In this document: positions 1 to 9,684 of the stretch, one piece after another
Numbering within the stretch: position 1 is the first letter of the stretch
Layout: every line of letters starts with the position of its first letter
NCBI GenBank assembly: GCA_048270185.1
Contig: JBLWTJ010000001.1
Span: forward strand, 1,216,001 to 1,280,000
Reading direction: 5' to 3'
Length of the DNA stretch: 64,000 bases
Origin: Bacteriovoracaceae bacterium
GTDB lineage: Bacteria; Bdellovibrionota; Bacteriovoracia; Bacteriovoracales; Bacteriovoracaceae
Translations under genes and position numbers: made by a program
Notes under the pieces: model-generated
What the model saw: only the letters and a program-made list of their open reading frames with translations
What the model was told of the DNA's origin: nothing
The model's database searches: none

Positions 1-595
1 TAAACTCATCGCATTTGGCCTTAAAACGGCCTTTAAACTCGTCCACCCCTATTTTCTCAACACCAATTCCTTGAAATAGGTCAAGAGGCTTTAAAATCAA
101 TTCTCGCACGCCTCGTGCGACTAATTTTTCAACGAATAAAAGAGCTCCTGATAATGATGTTCCAACATAGCTATTAAGGCTTGCTTCTCTTAAATATGCT
201 TCAAGCTTCTCATTGTGTTTCATGATACCGATTGGATTATTTAAGATTGTTACTTGTGCCTGCTTTTGTAAGAAGTCCAACATCCAAAGATATCGCTGAT
301 AGCGAGAGTCATATGGAGGATCAATTCGCATATGGATTGTTGTATTCTGATCAATTGAAACTGAAGTTGATTCTGACTCTAGTTTAAAGTCATCAATATA
401 AAAACTTTCATTGATCTTACCTGTGATCTTATAACAATCAAATTTGATACTTGATGCATTTTGAATATAGAAATCTTCTTCAAAGACAACATAAACATCC
501 TCACCTCTTTCTTGAAGAGTTAGAGCGATAAGAATCGTTGAGTCTTTTTTTGTTACGAGTTTTTCAATTGGGTCGATAAAGAATAGATGTTTCAT
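1..595 (-). CDS. gshB: Glutathione synthetase, 5' part (runs off the left edge)
   Basis: Own translation from ATG at 595: MKHLFFIDPIEKLVTKKDST...MRIDPPYD...NEKL...ILKPLD, matching the GshB motifs KKDST, MRxDPP, NEK and LKPLD. Not in the ORF track because it is truncated. Confidence 0.85.
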   Translation of the reverse strand, partial: MKHLFFIDPIEKLVTKKDSTILIALTLQERGEDVYVVFEEDFYIQNASSIKFDCYKITGKINESFYIDDFKLESESTSVSIDQNTTIHMRIDPPYDSRYQRYLWMLDFLQKQAQVTILNNPIGIMKHNEKLEAYLREASLNSYVGTSLSGALLFVEKLVARGVRELILKPLDLFQGIGVEKIGVDEFKGRFKAKCDEF

Positions 596-618
596 ATCAA
601 AAAGATAGCACTAGCGAG

Positions 619-1662
619 CTAAAGTTCAAATAGAAATTTAGCAAAGCTCATATCTTCTTGTGATGAAATATCTGAGTCCTGATATTCTTCATACTTCGCG
701 TTAATATTCGCAAATAACTTTTTGAGATCTCCATCAAATTTCTTGGCATAGTCATTGATTTTAGACTGGTCTTTTTCATAGGTCATAAATGCTGCAAGAC
801 TTGCATTATTCCACTGCATCTTTGAAGGCCAACAATATTCGACCTTAAGTTTATGACAAAGTTGCGCTAGTTGTTCAGGCATAGTTTTTGTTAAGTAGAC
901 ATTCTTCTTCTTTTGCCAGTCTTCTTCTTTTAGAATTTCCTTCAACTGATTAGCATGTTTGGTCACAGCTTGTTTAAGAGTATTATTCACCTTAAGGTTT
1001 TCAAAGTACCTTTTAAGGTCTTTATCCTTTGTGTAGTACTCAATGAGCATTTGTTTAGCAAAGTAATTAGCAAGGTTCTCATTGAAATCCACTTCGTCTT
1101 TGGCAAAGAAAATAGTATGAAAAAGTTCATGAAAGACAGTCTCTGTTAGACTGTACTTTCCATACTCAAAAAATGAAGAAAGAATTGGATCATCAAGATT
1201 ACCTAAAGTCGAATAAGCTAAGACGTCACGGGTATAAGTTTCATAACCCTGCTTTTCTAAATCCATGGCAAATTCTTTTGCCGACTCCTCTTTAAAAAAA
1301 CCAAGATATGGAAAACAGCCATAAAAAGTAAAACACTCCTTACGTGGCTTTATCTCATTTGGTTTTGATGCAATCACCAAGTAAGTAACCGCCCTTGATT
1401 TTAAAAGCGTCGTTTTTGAATAAATATCACTGGGTTCTCTATTCCAATATTCATAGAAGTACTTTTTATAAGTCTCAACTTGCTTAATTTTATCTTTAAA
1501 TTTGTCACTTACATTTGGATCTTTTAAAACTTCTTCATTATCTCGAGCGCTCCATAGAATATTAATTTGTCCAAGACCTTGCTGTGTTAAGTAGCTGATC
1601 TTGGCACAAGAAATACACGTAACTATTGGAAATAAAAGAAGAAATCTCTTTAGAACATCCAT
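619..1662 (-). CDS. Putative zinc aminopeptidase lipoprotein
   Basis: Lipobox-like CISC, zincin motif HELFH with downstream FNE, and AYSTLG and PYLGFF motifs typical of the predicted aminopeptidase family. Confidence 0.75.
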   Translation of the reverse strand: MDVLKRFLLLFPIVTCISCAKISYLTQQGLGQINILWSARDNEEVLKDPNVSDKFKDKIKQVETYKKYFYEYWNREPSDIYSKTTLLKSRAVTYLVIASKPNEIKPRKECFTFYGCFPYLGFFKEESAKEFAMDLEKQGYETYTRDVLAYSTLGNLDDPILSSFFEYGKYSLTETVFHELFHTIFFAKDEVDFNENLANYFAKQMLIEYYTKDKDLKRYFENLKVNNTLKQAVTKHANQLKEILKEEDWQKKKNVYLTKTMPEQLAQLCHKLKVEYCWPSKMQWNNASLAAFMTYEKDQSKINDYAKKFDGDLKKLFANINAKYEEYQDSDISSQEDMSFAKFLFEL

Positions 1663-2291
1663 GAGAATCCAGCACTATAACTTAGACGATCCCTCGCTTC
1701 ACCAAATTCAAAAGCGCGGAAAACCGTTTTAACAGAGCCCTTTAGAGCAAGTGTTTGTGTGATTCTAAACTTTAGAGCAAAGGCTGCAAACATTGCATCA
1801 TAACTCGATTTCTCTTCACCTGAATCAATTAAAATATCTTCTGGCGCATCAAGGTCTTTAACTAGAGTCTTAGATCTTAGTGTATAGATTTGACGACTCC
1901 ACCCTAGCGAGATGAGTGGTTGAAAGAAAGACTTTCGACTTGCGAAAGCTTGGCGTATCCCTACACCGAAACTTTGAGTCGTAATATTTGTCGACTCATT
2001 ATCAATAACAAGTCCCGTTGTTACTCCAGTATTATTATATTTTCCAAAGATTTCATTCTCTGTTTGAGACATATTGAATTCAATCCCTGTTAAAGTCATG
2101 AAGTAAAAAGTAATCGACCCACCGTAAGAGCGAGTTCGGTCATATGATTGCCTACTTGCTCCGTATAAATCTTTACTATAGCTAAAGTCAAAGTCCAGCT
2201 CAGTAAAGGCCTGTGCCCATTGAGCGACAAGACAACAAATTAATAGGAATGGAATTCGATAAATTTTTTGTAAGTACATAAATATCCTCAT
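1650..2291 (-). CDS. Secreted outer-membrane beta-barrel protein
   Basis: Signal peptide ending AQA, alternating beta-strand pattern, C-terminal Phe (YSAGFSWMF). Confidence 0.6.
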   Translation of the reverse strand: MRIFMYLQKIYRIPFLLICCLVAQWAQAFTELDFDFSYSKDLYGASRQSYDRTRSYGGSITFYFMTLTGIEFNMSQTENEIFGKYNNTGVTTGLVIDNESTNITTQSFGVGIRQAFASRKSFFQPLISLGWSRQIYTLRSKTLVKDLDAPEDILIDSGEEKSSYDAMFAAFALKFRITQTLALKGSVKTVFRAFEFGEARDRLSYSAGFSWMF

Positions 2292-2354
2292 GGATATTTT
2301 ACTACTTAAAAGCGTTTTAAAATCTATTTAGGCAAAATGTCCTACTTACAGGTG

Positions 2355-3848
2355 TTACTGAAGTCTGCGACCAAGATCCTGAAGAAGTTCACCCTGACAT
2401 GATAGAGCTGTTGTGGAAGTACACTTCACATCAACCCAATGCCATTTTAGATTTGTATCCCCTAAAGATTCTGGTGCTTTAAAGTGAATTAGACGATTAC
2501 AATTTGTTCTTCCCTTCCACTTTGTTTCACCCTTCATCGTATTTTGACCTTCTACTAGAACGCGATAAGTCTTACCAACCATTGTTGCACGTATCTTTTC
2601 TTGGATTGCTAATTGAAAAGCCTGTACTTCATGAAGACGGCTCTTTCTAATTTCTTGAGAAAGGAAATCTTCCATTTTAGCGGCACGAGTCTTACTTCTT
2701 TGTGAGTAAACATATGAATAAATGAAATCAAACTGCGCTCTTTCTAATAAATCGAGGGTATCTTTATGCTCTTCATCTGTTTCATTTACGAAACCACAGA
2801 TAATATCAGTCGAAAGAACGATCTCAGGTTGGGCCTTACGTAGTTTTTCCAGAAGCCCTAAGTAATGCTCTTTTGTATACTCACGATTCATTCTTTGAAG
2901 AACTGTATTTGAACCAGACTGTACTGGTAAGTGAAGGTGCTTTGATAATTTCTTTGCACTTCCATGGGCCGCAATTAGGTCATCAGAGACATCGTAAGGA
3001 TGAGAAGTTGTGTATCTTAAAATTTCAAGGCCATTAATTTGATCGAGATCCATAATAAGATCAGATAGCCTTTCGCCATTTTCCTTACCAAATGAATTTA
3101 CGTTTTGACCAAGAAGCATAACTTCTTGAATACCTTGATATTCAACTAATCTTCTTACGTCCTCGACAATTTCAGATTGCTTACGTGATCTTTCTCTTCC
3201 TCGAGTGTATGGAACAATACAGTAAGTACAATATTTATCACAACCTTTGATAATATTAACGAAAGCTTGTGGAGTACCGTGATTGATTTTTGTTTCAATT
3301 GAAAAATTTGATGATCGATCCCAAGTGTTTACTGAGAATTTATCGTCACCAGCATAAGTTCGATAAACCATATCGTTAATTGTATCAATCGTATCTGGAC
3401 CGAAGGCAAAGTTTAGGTGCTTGAATTTTTTGACGAGGTCTTTCCCTTCTGTTTGGGCAACACATCCCCCAACCCCAACGACAAGATCATCACCTTTTTT
3501 CTGTTTAAGGTGCTTTAATTCGCCAAGTTGTGAATAAAATTTATTATTTGCTAACTCGCGAACCGCACATGTATTGAAAAGTACTAAGTTCGACTCCTCT
3601 AAATTTTCGGTATGAGTGAAGTTAAGAGTCTTTAAGTGGGAAAGAATTCTTTCAGAATCATGATAATTCATCTGACAGCCGTATGTTTTCATCCAAACTT
3701 TACGAGGTGGGAAGTCCACATCTCCTAAACGAACAATTCTTTCTCCACTTTTTTCATCAATAAATGATGTCATTTCGTGATTCTGCTTACTTACGCCAAG
3801 TCCAGTTGGATTTGTTTCAGTTTCATTAATCGTTGTCGTCGTTGTCAT
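2355..3848 (-). CDS. miaB: tRNA methylthiotransferase MiaB
   Basis: TYGCQMN, NTCAVRE, GGCVAQ, radical SAM GCDKYCTYCIVPYTRG, HLPVQSG, C-terminal TRAM region. Confidence 0.95.
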   Translation of the reverse strand: MTTTTTINETETNPTGLGVSKQNHEMTSFIDEKSGERIVRLGDVDFPPRKVWMKTYGCQMNYHDSERILSHLKTLNFTHTENLEESNLVLFNTCAVRELANNKFYSQLGELKHLKQKKGDDLVVGVGGCVAQTEGKDLVKKFKHLNFAFGPDTIDTINDMVYRTYAGDDKFSVNTWDRSSNFSIETKINHGTPQAFVNIIKGCDKYCTYCIVPYTRGRERSRKQSEIVEDVRRLVEYQGIQEVMLLGQNVNSFGKENGERLSDLIMDLDQINGLEILRYTTSHPYDVSDDLIAAHGSAKKLSKHLHLPVQSGSNTVLQRMNREYTKEHYLGLLEKLRKAQPEIVLSTDIICGFVNETDEEHKDTLDLLERAQFDFIYSYVYSQRSKTRAAKMEDFLSQEIRKSRLHEVQAFQLAIQEKIRATMVGKTYRVLVEGQNTMKGETKWKGRTNCNRLIHFKAPESLGDTNLKWHWVDVKCTSTTALSCQGELLQDLGRRLQ

Positions 3849-4113
3849 GACTGGCCTCTTGATTTACGTTTTGTCTAAAACTAGCGCCTAACCCACGGGG
3901 TATTTTTAAATGATCATATAGTGTAAGTTATTGAAATAAGGAAAAAGCCGAGCAGAAAGCTACAGATAAAGCACCTGTAAGTAACTGAAATTACTGTTTT
4001 TTTCTTATCGTTACAGCTATAAAATCTGGCGATAATTTATGAGTTTTTAATTCTTTCTTGAGGTGATTTTTATGCGCTTTTGCGCAAAATGTAAATGAAA
4101 ACAGATAGTTTTG

Positions 4114-4143
4114 AAAAAAAGAAAAGGCCCGCAAAGCGGGCCC
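4114..4143 (-). terminator. Intrinsic terminator of the histone-like gene
   Basis: GGCCCGC-AAA-GCGGGCC stem with an A-tract on its left (U-tract on the minus strand). Confidence 0.8.
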
Positions 4144-4172
4144 TAACTTATTAATCAGAATAGTATTTCTAC

Positions 4173-4616
4173 TTATTTCTTCTTAGCAACTTTTTTAGTA
4201 GTTTTCTTAGCTACTTTCTTAGTTGCTTTCTTTGCAGTAGCTTTCTTTGCAACTTTTTTAGTTGCTTTCTTAGCTACTTTTTTCTTAGTAGCTTTCTTTG
4301 CTACTTTTTTTGTAGCTTTTTTAGCTACTTTTTTCTTAGTTGCTTTCTTAGCTACTTTTTTCTTTGTAGCTTTCTTTGCAACTTTCTTAGTTGCTTTCTT
4401 TGCTACTTTTTTCTTTGTAGCCTTCTTTGCAACTTTCTTAGTTGCTTTCTTTGCTACTTTCTTTGTAGCTTTCTTAGCAACTTTTTTCTTTGTAGCTTTT
4501 TTAGCTACTTTTTTCTTTGTAGCTTTCTTTGTTGTTTTCTTAGCTACTTTTTTTGTAGCTTTTTTAGCTACTTTTTTCTTAGTTGTCTTTTTAGTAGTTT
4601 TCTTTTTAACTGCCAT
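4173..4616 (-). CDS. Histone H1-like (Hc2/HctB-type) Lys-rich DNA-binding protein
   Basis: ATG at 4616 preceded by AGGAGG; 147 aa of only K/A/T/V after Met, with about 15 KK(K)VAKKAT units. Confidence 0.8.
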   Translation of the reverse strand: MAVKKKTTKKTTKKKVAKKATKKVAKKTTKKATKKKVAKKATKKKVAKKATKKVAKKATKKVAKKATKKKVAKKATKKVAKKATKKKVAKKATKKKVAKKATKKVAKKATKKKVAKKATKKVAKKATAKKATKKVAKKTTKKVAKKK

Positions 4617-4922
4617 TGACATCCTCCTGGTTTTTTCAATACTTATATTTATGGTAAACATTATTTTATTTGTGTGCAAACAAAAAATAACATTTTGATT
4701 AGCATAAGTATCTTTTTTATTTCCCTATGTTCTTTTTTAACTTCGGACTAATCTTGAAATTACTTTACATTATTTTTAAAGAAAACGTTGAAACTAGCCG
4801 ACAGCAAGGCTTTTAGAAAAAACACAAAACTTTGTAATCTTCCTGATAGACGTTAGTTTCGAGCTTACTCTTTAAAAAAATTTAACCGAAATTTTTTTTC
4901 ATTTTTTTTTGAAAGAATAAGC

Positions 4923-4947
4923 AAAAACTGCCCTTTCAGGGCAGTTT
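4923..4947 (-). terminator. Intrinsic terminator after clpA
   Basis: AAAAACTGCCCT-TTC-AGGGCAGTTT inverted repeat. Confidence 0.75.
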
Positions 4948-4984
4948 CAACATTCTAAAAATGACTTTTTGATTGTATTTTTTG

Positions 4985-7327
4985 TTAGAAATTTAATTTT
5001 AGATCATCATTTTCAATAGTAACTTCAATTTTTCCGCCACCAGTAAGTTTTCCAAATAGAACTTCCGTCGAAATTGGCTTCTTAAGCTTCTGATCGATGA
5101 TTCGAGCGATTGGTCGAGCCCCCATTTTCTCATCAAAACCATTTTCCGCAAGCCATATTTTTGCTTCTTCAGTTAAAACGATCTCAATATTCTTGGCCGC
5201 TAACTTAACTTCTAGCTGGGAAACAAATTTTTCTACGATTTTTACGATATATTCAGTAGAAAGTTTATCAAAATGGACAATTCCATCGAGTCTATTTCTA
5301 AATTCAGGGCTAAAAAAGTTCTTAATAGTCTGATCTCTCTTACCAATATTCTTATTATTTGCCTTTGCCAGACCAATGGAGCCACTGTCCATCTCTTTTG
5401 CGCCAGCATTTGTTGTCATTATTATGACAGTATTAGTGAAGTCAGTTGTTCTCCCTTGTGAATCAGTAAGAGAACCATGGTCCATAACTTGCAGAAGAAT
5501 ATTATAAATATCAACATGGGCCTTCTCAATTTCATCTAACAAGAGAACAGAATGTGGGTTTTTCTTAACAGCATCTGTTAATAATCCACCTTGATCGTGA
5601 CCGATATAACCAGGAGGTGAACCAATTAACTTACTAACTGAGTGCTTCTCCATATATTCTGACATATCAAAGCGCTCTAAGTGACAACCTAATTGGAATG
5701 ATAATTGCTTTGCAAGTTCTGTCTTACCAACACCAGTAGGTCCTGCAAATAAGAAACTAGCAATTGGCTTACCTTCATCACCTAGTCCAGATTTTGACAT
5801 GTAAATTGCTTGTGAAACTTCTTTTACTGCATGATCTTGGCCAAAAATTAGCATTTTTAGATTCTTTTCAAGATCTTTTAGCTTATCTTTTTCTGTTGTT
5901 TCAACAGTTAGCTTTGGAATATTGGCCATCTTTGCAACGACATCTTCAATATCTTTCTTAGTAATTGAAGCTTTCTTCTTACTCTCCGGTCTAATTTGAT
6001 TTAAAGCTCCCGCTTCATCAATGGCATCAATTGATTTGTCAGGGTTCTTTTTATCCATCAAGTAACGTGACGTTAGGGCCACTGCTTGCTTGATTACAGC
6101 GTCCGATATCTTAATTCCGTGATAATCTTCAAATTTTGGTCTCAGACCTTTTAAAATGGCAATAGTATCTTCATTTGAAGGCTCATCAACATCAATCTTT
6201 TGGAATCGACGATTAAAGGCCGGATCTTTTTCGATAAATTTTCGATGTTCAGCATATGTTGTCGATCCAATCACTCGAACAACGCCACGACTTAAGGCAG
6301 GCTTTAATAAGTTAGAAGCATCCATACTTCCACCTGAAGTTGCTCCTGCTCCCATCACGGTATGCATTTCATCGATGAAAAGAATTGCTTTCTTTCCATC
6401 TTTATCTAATTTTTCAAGATCATTAATGACACCTTTTACTCTTTGCTCAAAATCTCCACGAAATTTTGCCCCTGCAACTAAGGCGGCCATATCAAGATTA
6501 AAGATTGTCGTCTCTTTTAAAATATCAGGTACCTTATCTTCCACAATTCTTTGAGCAAGTCCTTCGACAATGGCAGTCTTACCAACTCCTGCTTCACCTA
6601 CAAGAAGCGGGTTATTTTTACGACGGCGGCATAGAATTTGAACAATTCTCATGGCCTCATCTTCTCTTCCCACTAGTGGGTCGATACGATTTTCACGGGC
6701 CTGCTCATTTAAGTTAACTGTGAATTTGGCAAGGAAAGAGTCACCTTTCTTAGATCGAGACTGAACTTCCTCTCCCTCTACATATTCAATTTTTTTAATT
6801 TCATCTTCTTCACTATCTCCCTCTTCAGAAATTCCATGAGAGATCGCTTTAACAACATCAAAACGTTCAATACCTTGTTTCTTTAGCGCATATAATGCAA
6901 AGCTCTCTTTTTCTTGGAAAAGAGAGACAAGTAGGTTGATTCCTAGAATTTGACTCTTACCACTTGATTGAACATGAATCGCGGCCCTTTGAATAACTCT
7001 TTGAAGCGACATGGAAATTTCTGGTTGATAAGTAATTCCATTTTCTCGAGCAAGCTCCCTTAGCTCTTCATTTACAAATTGCTGCCTTGAAAGAGACTCA
7101 ATTTGGTCATCGCTTAGAATACTAAAGTTGGATTCATCGTGGATGAAATCATTAAGCTCATGTTCCATGACTTCAATATCACCACCACAATATTCAATCA
7201 CTCCCCTAACATTATCATCAGCAAGTAGTGACAGGAGTACATTTTCGAGAGTTAAATACTCATGCTTAAGAGTATTGGCCCTTTGAATGGACTCATTAAT
7301 GATGGTTTCTAATTTTTTTGACATCAT
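4985..7327 (-). CDS. clpA: ATP-dependent Clp protease ATPase subunit ClpA
   Basis: Two AAA+ modules (GEAGVGKT, GPTGVGKT), Clp N domain, no ClpB middle domain, directly downstream of clpS. Confidence 0.95.
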   Translation of the reverse strand: MMSKKLETIINESIQRANTLKHEYLTLENVLLSLLADDNVRGVIEYCGGDIEVMEHELNDFIHDESNFSILSDDQIESLSRQQFVNEELRELARENGITYQPEISMSLQRVIQRAAIHVQSSGKSQILGINLLVSLFQEKESFALYALKKQGIERFDVVKAISHGISEEGDSEEDEIKKIEYVEGEEVQSRSKKGDSFLAKFTVNLNEQARENRIDPLVGREDEAMRIVQILCRRRKNNPLLVGEAGVGKTAIVEGLAQRIVEDKVPDILKETTIFNLDMAALVAGAKFRGDFEQRVKGVINDLEKLDKDGKKAILFIDEMHTVMGAGATSGGSMDASNLLKPALSRGVVRVIGSTTYAEHRKFIEKDPAFNRRFQKIDVDEPSNEDTIAILKGLRPKFEDYHGIKISDAVIKQAVALTSRYLMDKKNPDKSIDAIDEAGALNQIRPESKKKASITKKDIEDVVAKMANIPKLTVETTEKDKLKDLEKNLKMLIFGQDHAVKEVSQAIYMSKSGLGDEGKPIASFLFAGPTGVGKTELAKQLSFQLGCHLERFDMSEYMEKHSVSKLIGSPPGYIGHDQGGLLTDAVKKNPHSVLLLDEIEKAHVDIYNILLQVMDHGSLTDSQGRTTDFTNTVIIMTTNAGAKEMDSGSIGLAKANNKNIGKRDQTIKNFFSPEFRNRLDGIVHFDKLSTEYIVKIVEKFVSQLEVKLAAKNIEIVLTEEAKIWLAENGFDEKMGARPIARIIDQKLKKPISTEVLFGKLTGGGKIEVTIENDDLKLNF

Positions 7328-7344
7328 TTGTTTTTCTCCTGTGT

Positions 7345-7701
7345 CTATTCAGGTTCTACAGTACAAAGTAGAGGGTGGCCTTCTTTCTTGGCTTCACTCA
7401 TGACTTTATTCATTTTTGTTTCAGCAACTTCATATGAATATGTGCCACACACTCCACGGCCATTATTATGGACATCAAGCATTATCTGCATTGCCTCTTC
7501 CTGGCCTTTATTAAAAATATGCATCAATACCCAAATGACAAATTCCATCGTCGTATAATCGTCATTATGTAGTATGACGTGGTATTTTGCTGGTTTTTTA
7601 ACCTTAACTTTATCAGCAAGTGCTACATCACCATCTTCTTCAGTACTAAAGATGGTAGCAAACTTATTCTTGTCAATACTGCTGTTTTCATTCCAATTCA
7701 A
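7345..7701 (-). CDS. clpS: Clp adaptor ClpS
   Basis: YHVILHNDDYTTMEFV, MLDVHNNGRGVCG, HPLLCTVE; TTG start. Confidence 0.95.
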   Translation of the reverse strand: MNWNENSSIDKNKFATIFSTEEDGDVALADKVKVKKPAKYHVILHNDDYTTMEFVIWVLMHIFNKGQEEAMQIMLDVHNNGRGVCGTYSYEVAETKMNKVMSEAKKEGHPLLCTVEPE

Positions 7702-7806
7702 TTTATCCCCACTTGCCTTGCGTATTTATCTTCATTTCTATTATCGCTTATCTGTGCTAGTCTTTTCAAGTTGTATACGAGTGAATTTCGCTAAAAAAGG
7801 TCAACT

Positions 7807-8313
7807 ATGAACTTCTTCGATTTTTTCAAAACTAATAAGAAAACTGATTCAATTAACCAAATTCATACCTATCTCAATGAGAACTTCCCAGAATTAGGCG
7901 ATGAACGCAAGGTAATCCTCTCATGTTTTGCAGGACTTTTGGCCCGCGTTGCTTATAGTGACTTAAAAATCTCACAATCAGAGAAGAATGAAATGAAAAA
8001 GATACTTTGTGAAGTGGCTCACTTAAAAGAGGATGAGGCCAGGCACATTAGTGAATATGCCCTTCATAAGATGAAGGAATTATCGGGTATGGATACTCGT
8101 AGTTATTGTAAACCACTTGTTGATATTCTATCAGCAGATGAGCGTTATAAAATTTTAAAGGCACTCTTTGCAATTGCTGCGGCCGATGGTGAAGTCGATA
8201 ATATTGAAACAAATGAAATTAGTTATATTGCCAATGCTCTAGTTCTCGAGAAAAAATATTTTCTGAGCGCGCAAGCTGATGTACGTGAGTATTTAAAAAC
8301 TTTTCAACTTTAA
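7807..8313 (+). CDS. TerB-family protein
   Basis: ARVAYSDLKISQSE and AIAAADGEVDNIE repeated TerB-like motifs. Confidence 0.75.
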   Translation: MNFFDFFKTNKKTDSINQIHTYLNENFPELGDERKVILSCFAGLLARVAYSDLKISQSEKNEMKKILCEVAHLKEDEARHISEYALHKMKELSGMDTRSYCKPLVDILSADERYKILKALFAIAAADGEVDNIETNEISYIANALVLEKKYFLSAQADVREYLKTFQL

Positions 8314-8361
8314 AAGTATTTCCTACACTTAAATAGATAACTATTTAAAACAAGGAAGTTT

Positions 8362-9063
8362 ATGAAGCTAAATACTGGTGAGACGCAGGCCCGTAATGAT
8401 GATTTTAAAGGTAATTTCAACTTTTCATCACTACTAGAAAAGAATGAAAAGAAAGCTGCCCAAAACCCTATCTCAAGTCTACTTCAATCAACAACTCAAA
8501 CTGTCTTAACAGACACCAATGAAGTTGATGAAAGTGACTACAAGAAAGACCAACTTCTAAAGAAAATTGATGATCTTGAAAGAAGATTTGAGACAAAAGA
8601 AGTAAATGAGAAATTTGAAAGATTGGAGTCTCTGCTTCAGTCAATTATAATTAATCAAAGTAATCAGCAAGATTTTCAAAAAAGACTCGAATTAAAGAAG
8701 TCTGACGAAGTTGAAGCGCCACCAATAAATAAGACAACAGTAATTGCAGCCTCGTTGGTTTCAACGGCCCTTATTCTAAGCTCTGTTCTATTATCAATGA
8801 GTAAAAGTTCAGAAGTTAAGAGTGTCGCGCCAGCTCAAGTTGAAAAAGTTGTGAAAAAAGAGTTCCACACACCAATTAAATACTTAAACCTTAGAGCAAC
8901 TCCAAGTACCAAAGGCGAAAAGCTTGAAGTTGTTGCACCAAATACTCGCATTGAAATCATAAAAACAGATGGTGATTGGGTTCAAATTCAATACAAGAAT
9001 TATCTTAGAGACACTCTCCACACTGGTTGGGTTTACGATATCAAAAATTTAAAATCTATTTAA
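8362..9063 (+). CDS. Membrane-anchored SH3b-domain protein with coiled coil
   Basis: Coiled-coil N-region, one hydrophobic helix, C-terminal LNLRATPS...GDWVQI...TGWV. Confidence 0.7.
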   Translation: MKLNTGETQARNDDFKGNFNFSSLLEKNEKKAAQNPISSLLQSTTQTVLTDTNEVDESDYKKDQLLKKIDDLERRFETKEVNEKFERLESLLQSIIINQSNQQDFQKRLELKKSDEVEAPPINKTTVIAASLVSTALILSSVLLSMSKSSEVKSVAPAQVEKVVKKEFHTPIKYLNLRATPSTKGEKLEVVAPNTRIEIIKTDGDWVQIQYKNYLRDTLHTGWVYDIKNLKSI

Positions 9064-9168
9064 AAACAATAGGTTAAGGGAGGTTGTGACTAAGTTCCAC
9101 TTCCCTTACCCTTGACACTCTTGCCTTTGATACCATCTTGTTATTACACAATTAATAAATGAGGTATC

Positions 9169-9675
9169 ATGTTTCCAATATTACTTTTACTTTTTACTGT
9201 TGTTCCGGCCATCGAGATCTACCTCCTCTTTTCAATTGGAGGAAATATCGGTGCAGGTAATACATTCTTATTAGTTCTCACAACAGGAATTGTGGGTGCC
9301 GCACTTGCGAAATCTCAAGGGGCCCAGATGCTGGCCAAAATTCAAGGTGAATTATCACAAGGTAAAGTTCCGGCAAACGATTTCATTCATGGACTTCTTA
9401 TTTTTGGTGGTGGTCTTTTACTACTAACTCCTGGTTTTCTTACAGATATTCTTGGACTTTCAATGGTTCTTCCTGTGACGCGCCATCTTTGGCTCGTCTT
9501 TGCTCAAAAATTCTTCGTAAATGCTGTTCAAAGTGGAAATGTACAATTCTATTCCTTCAAAAATGGTGGAGGTTTTTCCTCTTACTCGGGCAACGCCTAT
9601 AATTCTCGTGCAAGACATGAGGGAACACGTCAAGTTGATGAAAACACATTTGAAGTTGATTACGAAAAGAAGTAA
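9169..9675 (+). CDS. fxsA: FxsA family membrane protein
   Basis: PAIEIYLL, GGLLLLTPGFLTDILG motifs. Confidence 0.9.
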   Translation: MFPILLLLFTVVPAIEIYLLFSIGGNIGAGNTFLLVLTTGIVGAALAKSQGAQMLAKIQGELSQGKVPANDFIHGLLIFGGGLLLLTPGFLTDILGLSMVLPVTRHLWLVFAQKFFVNAVQSGNVQFYSFKNGGGFSSYSGNAYNSRARHEGTRQVDENTFEVDYEKK

Positions 9676-9684
9676 GATTTCATT

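Noticed and set aside
4173..4616. Tandem DNA repeats as a possible CRISPR array or VNTR
   Set aside because: There are no unique spacers, the units are in-frame codon repeats with synonymous variation, and no cas genes are present.
7807..8313. TerB protein as part of a tellurite-resistance or anti-phage island
   Set aside because: It is a single gene among housekeeping genes, with no other ter or defence genes.
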